A DNA stretch of 64,000 nucleotides, taken from an uncultured Roseicyclus sp. GTDB lineage: Bacteria > Pseudomonadota > Alphaproteobacteria > Rhodobacterales > Rhodobacteraceae. Made by a program: the position numbers and the translations under genes. A model generated the notes under the pieces. That model did no database searches and was not told the origin of the DNA. It was given only the letters and a program-made list of their open reading frames with translations. The stretch covers positions 580,397 through 644,396 of the forward strand of contig CANLLF010000003.1 of the NCBI GenBank assembly GCA_947491935.1, read 5' to 3'. Shown piece after piece: positions 48,902 to 57,903 of the stretch. Within the stretch, counting starts at the first letter, position 1, and every line of letters begins with the position of its first letter.

Positions 48902-50181
48902 GCCGCGATATCGGTGAACCGGTTCACCGGGCGCTCGATCCGGCTCCTGGAGGGCGCGCGGCTGGCAAACCGGTCGGCCAATGTCCTCGGCCCCGCGGTG
49001 ATCCGAAAATAATCGTAGGCATCCGGCGCGTCAGGCAGGTTATCGAAAGCGTTCAGATACTGGAAATGCAGCTCGAACAGCCGCCATTTCAGGGTCGCGC
49101 GCCGCTTGGCGCTGAGCGTCTGACTGAACGCGGCAGACAGGACCAGCGGCCAGTGTTTGCCCTCCGGCGCTACGCCCGACACCGCCACGGGATCGCACAG
49201 CGCAAACGAACACCCGTCGCCCGGCGCCGTCACATCCACCCATGTGATCTCGTCCCGGGTACACAGATAAGCCAGATCGGCGCGCAAACGCGTGGCCCGG
49301 GGCAGGAAGCTCACCATCGGCACCACGTGGCCCAGGGTCAGAAGCGATAAAACCGGGCCATCCTCGGGCACCCGGCCCGAGCGGATGAGGTCGGCCAGCA
49401 CCGAGACGGCGACATAGGCGCCGGAGGAATGGCCGACGATCAGCACCTCGTCCGCGTCACCCTGCAAGACCTCCGCAATCCGGTCGGAAAAGTCGCGCAT
49501 CCGCGCCTCCTGCTCCGGCGGATAGGCCCCGTTCAGGGAGGAGGAGAAGGCGTAATCCTTCATCAGATACCAGGCATAGAGGTGATCGCGCCGGGCGCAC
49601 CATCGCAGGAAGAAAATCAAAGCCATCCATCCCGCAAAAAGTCCAGCTATCGGTGTCACATACCAAAACGCGCCAGCACCCAGCATGATCAGTAGCATCG
49701 AGGATGACACTATTTCCTTGATGAGAAAGCGCGCTCCGAGATGTGTCAAATAGCCCACGAGCCCCGCAATCAATATCGCCAGCAGGCCCTGCCCCAGCAA
49801 CACCGCCACCGGATAGAGCGCCGCAATCACCGGCCCCTTCCTGAGCCGCATCAACCGCCACAGCGCGCCCGAGCCGATATAGGCCCAGGCGGTGCGTACC
49901 AATTGCAGGTAGCTGGCCCCGATCCCGCCCGCCATGCTCCGGCGCACGATATCGGCCCAATACAGCACCTCAAGATCGGTGCTGACCTCCGCCCCCTCGA
50001 TCCGCGCCTGCACGTGCCAGCCGTACCGCGCATCGCTCCCGGACGGTCCTTGAGACAGCTCGTACCCCGAGATCTGCGCTTGATGCGTGCTCTCCCGCCG
50101 ATAGCGTTCGCGATAGGCGCGCGGCGGCACCGGGTCGAAGCCGGGGATATAGAGAACATGTCGGCGTGTGACGTCGCGCAT
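48898..50181 (-). CDS. Membrane-anchored alpha/beta-hydrolase-like protein coupled to the P450
   Basis: RHVLYIPGFDP, IVGHSSGA (GxSxG), LHFQY, YDYF.IT.GP; ATGA overlap with P450; alternative start 50193. Confidence 0.75.
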   Translation of the reverse strand: MRDVTRRHVLYIPGFDPVPPRAYRERYRRESTHQAQISGYELSQGPSGSDARYGWHVQARIEGAEVSTDLEVLYWADIVRRSMAGGIGASYLQLVRTAWAYIGSGALWRLMRLRKGPVIAALYPVAVLLGQGLLAILIAGLVGYLTHLGARFLIKEIVSSSMLLIMLGAGAFWYVTPIAGLFAGWMALIFFLRWCARRDHLYAWYLMKDYAFSSSLNGAYPPEQEARMRDFSDRIAEVLQGDADEVLIVGHSSGAYVAVSVLADLIRSGRVPEDGPVLSLLTLGHVVPMVSFLPRATRLRADLAYLCTRDEITWVDVTAPGDGCSFALCDPVAVSGVAPEGKHWPLVLSAAFSQTLSAKRRATLKWRLFELHFQYLNAFDNLPDAPDAYDYFRITAGPRTLADRFASRAPSRSRIERPVNRFTDIAA

Positions 50182-50223
50182 GAGCGCCAGCATAGGGAAG
50201 GATCGCCGCAGGACTAGGGCAAT

Positions 50224-50979
50224 TCAGCCCAAGGCGCCAAGCGCCGGGAAGGTCTCCAGCAGCCAGAAGGCAAAGGCCGAAAACGCGCCGGTCATCAGCG
50301 CGATGCCAACGGCCACCAGAAGCCCGCCCATGATCCGCTCGATCAGCTTCATGTGCCGCTTCATCCGCGCCATCAGGCCCTGCGCCCGGTCGATGAACGC
50401 CGCGGCCAGCAGGAAGGGCAGGCCAAGGCCAACCGCGTAAACCGCCAGAAGCGTCGTGCCCCGCTGCACGCTCGCCTCGGTCGCCGCAATCGACAGGATC
50501 GCGCCAAGTTGCGGGCCGATGCAGGGCGTCCACCCGAAGGCAAAGGCAAGGCCCAGAACATAGGCGCCGAAGGTCGATCCGCCCTTGTCGCCCGCATCCA
50601 GCCGCGCCTCGCGATCCAGGATCGGGAGGCGGATGATGCCCAGGAAATGCAGCCCGAAAATGATCACGACGGCACCTGAAATACGCGCCAGAAGGATCTG
50701 ATTTTGCAGGAAGAACTGTCCCAGGATCGACGCCGTGAAGCCCAGGAAGATGAAAACCGTCGACAGGCCCAACACGAAAAACAGCGCCGGGATCAGGGCC
50801 TTGCGCCGGGCCGCGCTGGCCTCGGTCTGGATGTCCGTCATGGTGATCCCGCCCATATAGGCTAGGTAAGGCGGCACGATCGGCAACACGCAGGGGCTGA
50901 GGAAGCTCAGCACCCCGGCGGCCAGCGCCACAAGCATCGCGGGCAGAAGCGATGCGTCAAAAAGATCGATCCCGAACAT
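50224..50979 (-). CDS. ccdA: Cytochrome c biogenesis thiol-disulfide transporter CcdA
   Basis: SFLSPCVLP and FGWTPCIGP Cys motifs. Confidence 0.95.
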   Translation of the reverse strand: MFGIDLFDASLLPAMLVALAAGVLSFLSPCVLPIVPPYLAYMGGITMTDIQTEASAARRKALIPALFFVLGLSTVFIFLGFTASILGQFFLQNQILLARISGAVVIIFGLHFLGIIRLPILDREARLDAGDKGGSTFGAYVLGLAFAFGWTPCIGPQLGAILSIAATEASVQRGTTLLAVYAVGLGLPFLLAAAFIDRAQGLMARMKRHMKLIERIMGGLLVAVGIALMTGAFSAFAFWLLETFPALGALG

Positions 50980-51073
50980 GCCTTACCCTTAGTGCGCACC
51001 GGTCCCGCCGTCACGCCGCATTCGGTCACATTCCCGTGGACGCGCCCCAAAAGCCGCACTACCCCTTGGCCCC

Positions 51074-51307
51074 ATGGACTATGTCACCGAAATCGACGCG
51101 CGCGACCTGCTCTGCCCCCTGCCGGTCCTGCGCCTGCGCAAGGCCCTGGCCCACACCACCCCGGGCGCGGTGCTGCACCTCTTGGCCACCGATCCCGCGG
51201 CCGAAATTGACGTGCCCCATTTCTGCACCGAACAGGGCCACGACTTCCTCGGATCGGCATCCCTGTCCAACGGCGTCACCCGCTACCGGGTCAAGGCCAA
51301 AGCCTGA
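51074..51307 (+). CDS. tusA: TusA/SirA-family sulfur carrier
   Basis: IDARDLLCPLPVL, ATDPAAE.DVP.FC. Confidence 0.9.
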   Translation: MDYVTEIDARDLLCPLPVLRLRKALAHTTPGAVLHLLATDPAAEIDVPHFCTEQGHDFLGSASLSNGVTRYRVKAKA

Positions 51308-51454
51308 TCCCCTCCCCTTGGGTCCAGCCCCGCATCCCAAACTCCGCCCTGGCCTCGCCCGGCCTCCCCGCACCAGGCGCTGATCCGAACCCTCTCCGAC
51401 CCACCCAAAGACAATGCCCCGCACGAAGCGGCCCAGTCTATCACCAATCCCGTC

Positions 51455-51494
51455 CTTCCACTGGTCCCCAATACCCCTCCCGGAGGGTCCGCCC
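51455..51494 (+). repeat. Dispersed intergenic repeat family A, copy 2
   Basis: cttccactggtccccaatacccctcccggagggtccgccc. Confidence 0.55.
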
Positions 51495-51570
51495 TCTCCC
51501 CGCGCGCCCAAGCTGATCGGGCGCACCACCCGCGCCGACGGGCCAACGGCCCCCGGCGCGCTCCGCCCAA

Positions 51571-51603
51571 CCCCCGACCGAAGGCTCCGTTTTCGGTCGG
51601 GGG
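51571..51603. terminator. 12-bp hairpin between convergent tusA and potA
   Basis: cccccgaccgaa-ggctccgtt-ttcggtcggggg; no clear U-tract. Confidence 0.45.
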
Positions 51604-51637
51604 CGGGAGCAGTCCGGCGCGGGGCCGGGCGCATCGT

Positions 51638-52717
51638 TCAATCGGGGAACACCACCATCGCCCGCGGGTCCCACCCCACGCGGGTCCGTGCGCCCACATC
51701 AAGCACATCCCGGCCCACCATGTTGCGCATCGAAATCCGCATCGTGGTGTCCATGCCGTCGAGCCGCACATCGTAATAGGTCATGTCCCCGTAATAGACG
51801 ACCTCCTCGATCTCCGCGCTCGCCTCCCGCGCCATGGACGCCTCCCCGTCGTGGAGGATCGATAGCGTCTCTGGCCTGAGCCCCACGGTACAGGCCCCCG
51901 CAACGGGCCCCGCGGGCATCTGGTCGGCCGCCAGGTCCGCCACCCCAAGGCCCGCCGCTTCCACCGACCGGCCCGAAGCCGTGGCCGGCAGGAAATTCAT
52001 CACCCCGATGAAATCGGCCACACGTTTTGTGGCCGGCCGACGGTAGAGCACTTCGGGATCGGCCAGTTGCGCGATCTCACCCTCGAACATCACGGCGATC
52101 CGGTCCGACATCACCAAGGCCTCTTCCTGATCATGGGTGACCAGCACGAAGGTGATCCCGACCTCGCGCTGCAGCTTCATCAGCTCCACCTGCATGTCCT
52201 CGCGCATCTTGCGGTCGAGCGCCGATAGCGGCTCATCGAGCAGCAGGACCTTAGGCTTCAGGATCAGGGCGCGGGCCAGCGCCACCCGCTGCCGCTGCCC
52301 GCCCGAAAGCGCATGGGCCGCGCGGCCCCCCAGATGGCCAAGCCCCACCATCTCCAGCGCCTCCCCAATCGCTTGCGTCTTCTCCCCAACCGACATCGAA
52401 GACCGGCGCAGGCCGAACCCCACATTCTGCTCCACGCTCAGATGCGGAAAAATCGCATAGCTCTGAAACACCATGTTCGTCGGGCGCCTGTTGGGCGGCA
52501 CCCCGGCCATATCCGCCCCGTTCAGCAAGATCGCCCCCGACGAAATCTCCTCGAACCCCGCAATCGCACGCAAAAGCGTGGTCTTGCCACAGCCCGACGG
52601 ACCAAGCAGCGAAAAGAACTCCCCCTCCGCAATCTCCGCCGTGATGCCGCGCAGGGCGTGATAGGCGCCGTAATACTTGTGCACATCCTGCATCTGGATG
52701 AGGGGCGTTGAGCTCAC
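51638..52717 (-). CDS. potA: Polyamine-type ABC transporter ATPase (PotA family)
   Basis: GPSGCGKTT, LSGGQRQRVALARAL, LLDEP, TOBE-like C-terminus; GTGA overlap. Confidence 0.88.
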   Translation of the reverse strand: MSSTPLIQMQDVHKYYGAYHALRGITAEIAEGEFFSLLGPSGCGKTTLLRAIAGFEEISSGAILLNGADMAGVPPNRRPTNMVFQSYAIFPHLSVEQNVGFGLRRSSMSVGEKTQAIGEALEMVGLGHLGGRAAHALSGGQRQRVALARALILKPKVLLLDEPLSALDRKMREDMQVELMKLQREVGITFVLVTHDQEEALVMSDRIAVMFEGEIAQLADPEVLYRRPATKRVADFIGVMNFLPATASGRSVEAAGLGVADLAADQMPAGPVAGACTVGLRPETLSILHDGEASMAREASAEIEEVVYYGDMTYYDVRLDGMDTTMRISMRNMVGRDVLDVGARTRVGWDPRAMVVFPD

Positions 52718-53520
52718 AGGAAACCTCCGGTCTCGGATTGGCCGGTGCGGCGCAGGCCCCGGCGGCGGAAGATGTCGGCCACGATCAGCAGCACGATCGA
52801 CAGCGTCACAAGGATCGTGCCAAGCGCCATGACAACCGGCAGGCGGGCGGGAAAGCGCAACTGCCCCCACAAATAGACCGGCAACGTCGGCTCATTGCCG
52901 CTGAGGAAAAACGCTATGATGAATTCATCAAGCGAGATGATGAAACAGATCAGCAACGACGCGATGATCCCCGGCGTCACAATCGGCAGGATCACAAGGC
53001 GGAACGCCCCGGCCCGCGTTTCCCCCAGATCGACCGCGGCTTCCTCCAGCGACACGTCGAGGCCCGCGAAACTGCCCTGCAGGATCGCGATGGCAAACGG
53101 CATGCACAGCAGCGTATGGCCCAGGATGATCGTGAAGATCGACGCGTTGATCCCCAGTTGCATCAACACCACCAGAAGCGAGATCGCCACGATCACCTCC
53201 GGCAGGACCAGCGGCAACATGATGAAGCCCAGAATGCCGCCCTTCAGCGGGAACTTGTAGCGCGTCACCGCCCGCGCCGCGAACAGGCCCAGACAGGTCG
53301 CCAGCACGGCCACGGAACACGCGATGATCAGCGAATTCAGCGTCGCCTCGTGGAGCGCGGGCGTATTGGCCAGGTCGGCGAACCACCCCAGGGTGAAGCC
53401 GCGCAACGGGAAGGCGATGATCGTGCCGTCATTGAACGCAAACAGCGGCAGCAGGATGATCGGCGCATAGAGAAAGATCAGGTAGAGCCCCGCAAAAAGC
53501 GCCAGAGGCGAGCGTTTCAT
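52714..53520 (-). CDS. potC: ABC permease (PotC family)
   Basis: FLYAPI..L.LFAFN, LEEAAVDLG EAA loop, SLDEFII. Confidence 0.88.
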   Translation of the reverse strand: MKRSPLALFAGLYLIFLYAPIILLPLFAFNDGTIIAFPLRGFTLGWFADLANTPALHEATLNSLIIACSVAVLATCLGLFAARAVTRYKFPLKGGILGFIMLPLVLPEVIVAISLLVVLMQLGINASIFTIILGHTLLCMPFAIAILQGSFAGLDVSLEEAAVDLGETRAGAFRLVILPIVTPGIIASLLICFIISLDEFIIAFFLSGNEPTLPVYLWGQLRFPARLPVVMALGTILVTLSIVLLIVADIFRRRGLRRTGQSETGGFL

Positions 53521-54581
53521 ATCCCCCACCTCCCCTTCGGCACGAACAGCGCAATCAGAACCGCACCGCCCCCCATGATCGCCGCCAACACGCCAAGCGA
53601 CCCCGCCGGGCCAAACCAGTCCGGCCCGTGCAGAAACACCCAGCGCACAATCGCGATGTCGATCACCGCCGCGACGACGGCCAGTACCAGCCCCAGCATC
53701 CCACCGCCAACCCGGTCGCTCAGATGCACCCAGAAGCGGATATGCAGAATGAACCACGCCAGCGTGATCGTGACGGTCAGCATCGCCAGCACCGCCAAGG
53801 TCGCCCCCATCGGCCGGTTCGACAGATCGAAGATCTGCACATAGATCATGTTGGCGATCATCGTGCCCCCCGACCCGCCCACCAGGCGCGGCGTCACGTA
53901 ATCCCCCACCGTCGGGATGAACACGATCAGCACGGCGGCCAGAACCCCCGGCATCGCCAGCGGCAAGGTCACCCGGATAAACGTCATCGTCGTCGCCTCC
54001 CCCAGATCGCGCGCCGCCTCCAGCAGCGAGCGGTCAATCTTCTCAAGGCTCACGAAGATTGGCAGGATGGCAAAGGGCGCAAAGGCATGGGCCAGTGTGA
54101 TGACCACCGCATTGGCGTTGTAGAGGATCCAGCTCAACGGCTCATCGATGATCCCAAGCTCCAACAACGTGCCATTGACCGGCCCGTCATAGGCCAGGAT
54201 CACCCGCCACAGGAAAATCCGGATCAGGTAGCTGGTCCAGAACGGGATGGTGATCAGGAACAGCCACAACGCCTTTTTCTCGGGTTTCACATGGAAGCTG
54301 ATGAAATAGGCAATCGGAAAGGCCAGGATCACGGTCGCCGCCGTCACCAGCCCGGCAATGCGCAGGCTGCGCAGCATCAATTCGCGGTAAAGCGGATCGG
54401 TCAGCGCCTCGGCATAATTCGCAACCGTGAAGGTGCGGTCGATGGTGAGGAAATTCTGCGTCCAGAAACTGAACAGGATGATGGTCAGAAGCGGCACAGC
54501 CAGCAACAGAAGCGCATAAATCAGCGGCGGGCTGATCATCGTCATCCCCCGTCGTGCTTCCGTCGATAATCCGTTTGCCAT
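53517..54581 (-). CDS. potB: ABC permease (PotB family) with C-terminal hydrophobic extension
   Basis: IPFWTSYLIRIF.W, LLEAARDLGE, PTVGDYVTPRLVGG. Confidence 0.85.
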   Translation of the reverse strand: MANGLSTEARRGMTMISPPLIYALLLLAVPLLTIILFSFWTQNFLTIDRTFTVANYAEALTDPLYRELMLRSLRIAGLVTAATVILAFPIAYFISFHVKPEKKALWLFLITIPFWTSYLIRIFLWRVILAYDGPVNGTLLELGIIDEPLSWILYNANAVVITLAHAFAPFAILPIFVSLEKIDRSLLEAARDLGEATTMTFIRVTLPLAMPGVLAAVLIVFIPTVGDYVTPRLVGGSGGTMIANMIYVQIFDLSNRPMGATLAVLAMLTVTITLAWFILHIRFWVHLSDRVGGGMLGLVLAVVAAVIDIAIVRWVFLHGPDWFGPAGSLGVLAAIMGGGAVLIALFVPKGRWGI

Positions 54582-54696
54582 GCCGGCCTGTCCCAGACGC
54601 CGCTTTGAAGGCGAGGATTGCCGTTTGTCCCGCCATCCACAAGGGCGATGTTGAGGGACGCGCACCGCCCGCCCCTCGGATCATGGGACGGACGCG

Positions 54697-54957
54697 TTAG
54701 CTTTCGCTGTCAACCGGGGGCTGTTTTCCGCCGGGAACATCCAGAACCGGCTGAGCGACCGACGCATCACCCGTCGCAGTGCAGGCCGCGTCAACCGCCG
54801 GATCGCAGTCCATGACAGTGACAATTTCAGTGGGTTTGGTCGGGGTCGTCGTCGCGGTCGCAGTGTCCGCACCCGGAGCACCCGTGGCCAAGGCAGGCCC
54901 TGCAAACGCACATGCGGCCAGAACGGCGGTGAAAATGCGTGATCTCGTCGTCATCAT
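54697..54957 (-). CDS. Small secreted Thr-rich hypothetical protein
   Basis: RBS AAGGAG, signal peptide ending ALA, C-x7-C pair. Confidence 0.6.
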   Translation of the reverse strand: MMTTRSRIFTAVLAACAFAGPALATGAPGADTATATTTPTKPTEIVTVMDCDPAVDAACTATGDASVAQPVLDVPGGKQPPVDSES

Positions 54958-55189
54958 CCTCTCCTTTTCACAAATACGATTGGCGGGGATGCATTTCTCC
55001 CCGGCGCGGATTTGGGAAATGCAAAAACGACCTCAAGAAGAGCTCACTGGCTTGTGATCGCGCGCCGTGTCCGGATGCCTCGGATGCGTCAGTGATGTCT
55101 GCACGCCTTGGTCGCCTTCGTCTCGGCATCGGCAAAGGCGCGGTCTAGCGGCCACGCTTGGCGCGCGCATCCACGGCCCGTGGCCGCCG

Positions 55190-56587
55190 TCAATTCCGGG
55201 TCAGCCAGAAACATCCAGCCGGCCCGCCGACATCCTCTGCCTCCACCGCGGCAAGACAACTGCGGATAAGGATGTTCTGCCCGAGCATCCGGCGGGCGCT
55301 TGGGGCAATGAACAGGTAATCCGGCCGCGCCGCGTCCACGGCCAGCACAGTCTCGATATCCGCCAACGCATGCCTCATGTAACCGACATCGCCCGTCTCT
55401 TGCGCCAAGGCTGTCAGAATGTTCACGCGCAAGGCAAGATCACCCACCAGACCGAAGGGAATCTCAGCGCCGGGATCGACCTGTTCCGGCAGCGCCAGAG
55501 ATATGTCGGTCAGGGCCTCATGAAGGTCGGCATTCAGGCGGAACGAGACTTCCGCGCGCCGCGCCCGGGCATGGGTGGCAAGCGACTCGCTCATAACCCC
55601 TTCGGAAGCTGCCTCGATCACGGTAGAAAAGTCGGCGTAGGCACGGTCCCACAGCGCAGCATCGTCACGCTGAAGAAACAGCACATCGGCACGTATCAGG
55701 AGCGCTTCAATCGGGTCGTCATGACTATCCACGAACCTGTCACAGGCCGCGATCTGCGCATCCAAGGTCAGCCGTTCCTCCCAAGCGAGAGCCGCGCGCC
55801 CCGTTATGCAATCGACCATGGCCTGATGCTGGGGGGATGCGGCGAGCTCCAGCGGGTCCGAATATTCCACATGGTTGGTGCGCATCAAGGTCGGCAACCA
55901 GGCACAATCCGCAGGGCCATCGGCCTGCCCCAACGCGATGCGTGTCTGGCAATTCTGAACGATCAGCAGCGCGCGCTGTCCAAACCGGCTCGCCGGATGC
56001 GCCTCAAGCAGCCGATCGATTTCCGCCACGGCCATCGCCAACATCGCCGCGTCATCATCGCGCTGCGCGATCCTGGCCCGCAACGCGATGCTGTGTGGCA
56101 GGAAGCCGCTACCAACGGTGATGGTCCGGTCATTCTCTGCCAATCGCATGGCAATCGCACGGGTCACATCCACCAGTGCCGCGTCGAACTCGCCGAATAG
56201 CTGCGCCCGTAGAACGGACCGACGATGATAATTTCCCGCGGTCCCGTCCCCCATTTCGATCAATTCGGAATAATCGCGATAGGCCTGTTCAAAATTCTCC
56301 CGTGTCACGCCGTCATAATTCAGGTGGATGGCGCGACGGTGCAGGGCCAAGGGGCTGCGCTCGGTCAAACTGACATACGTATTGCAAGCCTCAAGCTGTT
56401 CGTCGAAGGAAAGCAGAATATCGCCCCGACGGTTGCTGTCACCATGACACCCGATGGCCGCAGCCGAGTCCTGTGCCAGCTTCACAGGGGCCAGCGGCGC
56501 GCCATCGTCGGCTCCCGCTCCACCTCCGAGGGTGGTTGCCAACGCCAATCCAAGAATGGCGGCAATGTGAAGTGTGACGGCGCTCAT
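55190..56587 (-). CDS. Secreted TPR-like protein made of two homologous ~200-aa halves
   Basis: RBS ggag; signal peptide; TPR-like A..D.S.LI / AL.D...A helices; Cys pairs bracket each half. Confidence 0.7.
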   Translation of the reverse strand: MSAVTLHIAAILGLALATTLGGGAGADDGAPLAPVKLAQDSAAAIGCHGDSNRRGDILLSFDEQLEACNTYVSLTERSPLALHRRAIHLNYDGVTRENFEQAYRDYSELIEMGDGTAGNYHRRSVLRAQLFGEFDAALVDVTRAIAMRLAENDRTITVGSGFLPHSIALRARIAQRDDDAAMLAMAVAEIDRLLEAHPASRFGQRALLIVQNCQTRIALGQADGPADCAWLPTLMRTNHVEYSDPLELAASPQHQAMVDCITGRAALAWEERLTLDAQIAACDRFVDSHDDPIEALLIRADVLFLQRDDAALWDRAYADFSTVIEAASEGVMSESLATHARARRAEVSFRLNADLHEALTDISLALPEQVDPGAEIPFGLVGDLALRVNILTALAQETGDVGYMRHALADIETVLAVDAARPDYLFIAPSARRMLGQNILIRSCLAAVEAEDVGGPAGCFWLTRN

Positions 56588-56708
56588 GCCTGTCCTCCGC
56601 TCTTGCCACTTCGATGGAGGCGAAAGTCGACGAGCATATGGCAATAGCCGGGCATGGGGTGGGCCAGCGACCTTTGCAAAGGATTAACGCCCCCCCTTTT
56701 GCTTTTCT

Positions 56709-56743
56709 TTCAATATCTTAACCTACCTTGTCACGCGTGATAA
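56709..56743 (+). repeat. Dispersed AT-rich repeat family B, copy 1
   Basis: 28/35 identical to 60666-60700. Confidence 0.65.
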
Positions 56744-56756
56744 CAGCGACCCTGCA

Positions 56757-56791
56757 CAAAAGAAAAGGGCCACCCAACCGGGCGGCCCTTT
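56757..56791 (-). terminator. Intrinsic terminator of rplM-rpsI
   Basis: Minus strand gggccgccc-ggtt-gggtggccc followed by ttttctttt. Confidence 0.88.
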
Positions 56792-56813
56792 CCAAAATCG
56801 ATAAGGCTGAAGC

Positions 56814-57308
56814 TCAGCGCTTGGAGAACTGGAAGCTCTTCCGCGCCTTGGCCTTGCCGTATTTCTTCCGCTCCACCACGCGGCTGTCGCGGGTCAGGAA
56901 GCCGGCGGCCTTCAGAGCCCCGCGCAGGGAGGGCTCATAAAGCTGCAGCGCCTTGGAGATGCCGTGCTTGACCGCACCGGCCTGCCCCGATAGCCCGCCG
57001 CCCTTGACCGTCGCCATGACGTCGAATTCGCCGTCGACACCGGCCACGGTAAAGGGCTGGCGCAGGATCATCTGCAGCACCGGGCGCGCGAAATAGGCGT
57101 CCATCTCTTTGCCGTTCACGGTGACCTTGCCGGAGCCCGGCTTGATCCAGACACGGGCCACCGCATCCTTCCGCTTGCCGGTGGCATAGGACCGACCCAG
57201 CGCGTCGCGCTGCGGTTCACGGTGGATGGTTTCGGCCATGGGGGCGTCAGCTTCAACGCCGTCTACGGCGCCTTTCAGCTCATCGAGCGATGTGAGTGTC
57301 TCGGACAT
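56814..57308 (-). CDS. rpsI: 30S ribosomal protein S9
   Basis: [45 protein letters not shown]. Confidence 0.99.
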   Translation of the reverse strand: MSETLTSLDELKGAVDGVEADAPMAETIHREPQRDALGRSYATGKRKDAVARVWIKPGSGKVTVNGKEMDAYFARPVLQMILRQPFTVAGVDGEFDVMATVKGGGLSGQAGAVKHGISKALQLYEPSLRGALKAAGFLTRDSRVVERKKYGKAKARKSFQFSKR

Positions 57309-57802
57309 TATTTCGGATCCCCTGTGTTGAGGGCACTGGCGCTTTGCGAGCGCGTGTTCTTGGCGTTCATCGACGCAACGTCTAGGATCTGGGGATCCTG
57401 GGCCTCATGCGGGTGCTCGGCACCGGCATAGACGCGCAGGTTGGTCATCTGAACGCGGCTCAGCTTGTTGCCCGGCAGCATCCGCTTGACGGCCTGCATG
57501 ACAACGCGCTCGGGGTACTTGCCCTCGAGGATCTGTCCGGTCGTGCGCGACTTGATCCCACCCGGATACCCGGTGTGCCAGTAATTCGGCTTGTCACGCT
57601 TGTTGCCCGTCAGCTGCACCTTGTCGGCGTTGATGACGATGACATTGTCGCCCATATCCATGGAGGGCGTGTAAGACGGCTTGTGCTTGCCGCGAAGACG
57701 CATGGCGATGATCGACGCAAGACGGCCCAGAACCACGCCCTCGGCGTCGATCAGGATCCATGTCTTGTCGATATCCGCCGGCGTGGCAGAGAAGGTTTTC
57801 AT
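57308..57802 (-). CDS. rplM: 50S ribosomal protein L13
   Basis: W.LIDAEG.VLGRLAS, GKHKP.YTP..DMGD, AVKRMLP; TAATG overlap with rpsI. Confidence 0.98.
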   Translation of the reverse strand: MKTFSATPADIDKTWILIDAEGVVLGRLASIIAMRLRGKHKPSYTPSMDMGDNVIVINADKVQLTGNKRDKPNYWHTGYPGGIKSRTTGQILEGKYPERVVMQAVKRMLPGNKLSRVQMTNLRVYAGAEHPHEAQDPQILDVASMNAKNTRSQSASALNTGDPK

Positions 57803-57875
57803 CGTGTGTCCTTTCGGGGGCCCGATCCGGGCCTGGAAAAACGAAAGAGGGCGCACGCCCCCTGAACATGGGGGT

Positions 57876-57903
57876 GTTCTACGCATCTCCGCGTCCGCGT
57901 CAA
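57876..57903 (-). promoter_or_regulatory. Probable rplM promoter
   Basis: TTGACG-N16-TAGAAC on minus strand. Confidence 0.5.

Noticed and set aside
51308-51570. C-rich strand-biased gap with five C3-4 runs (possible G-quadruplex on minus strand; ORFs 51059-51634 and 51414-51776)
   Set aside because: One loop is 10 nt and such runs are common at this GC level; the ORFs are Pro/Arg/Gly-rich junk; only the family A repeat is supportable
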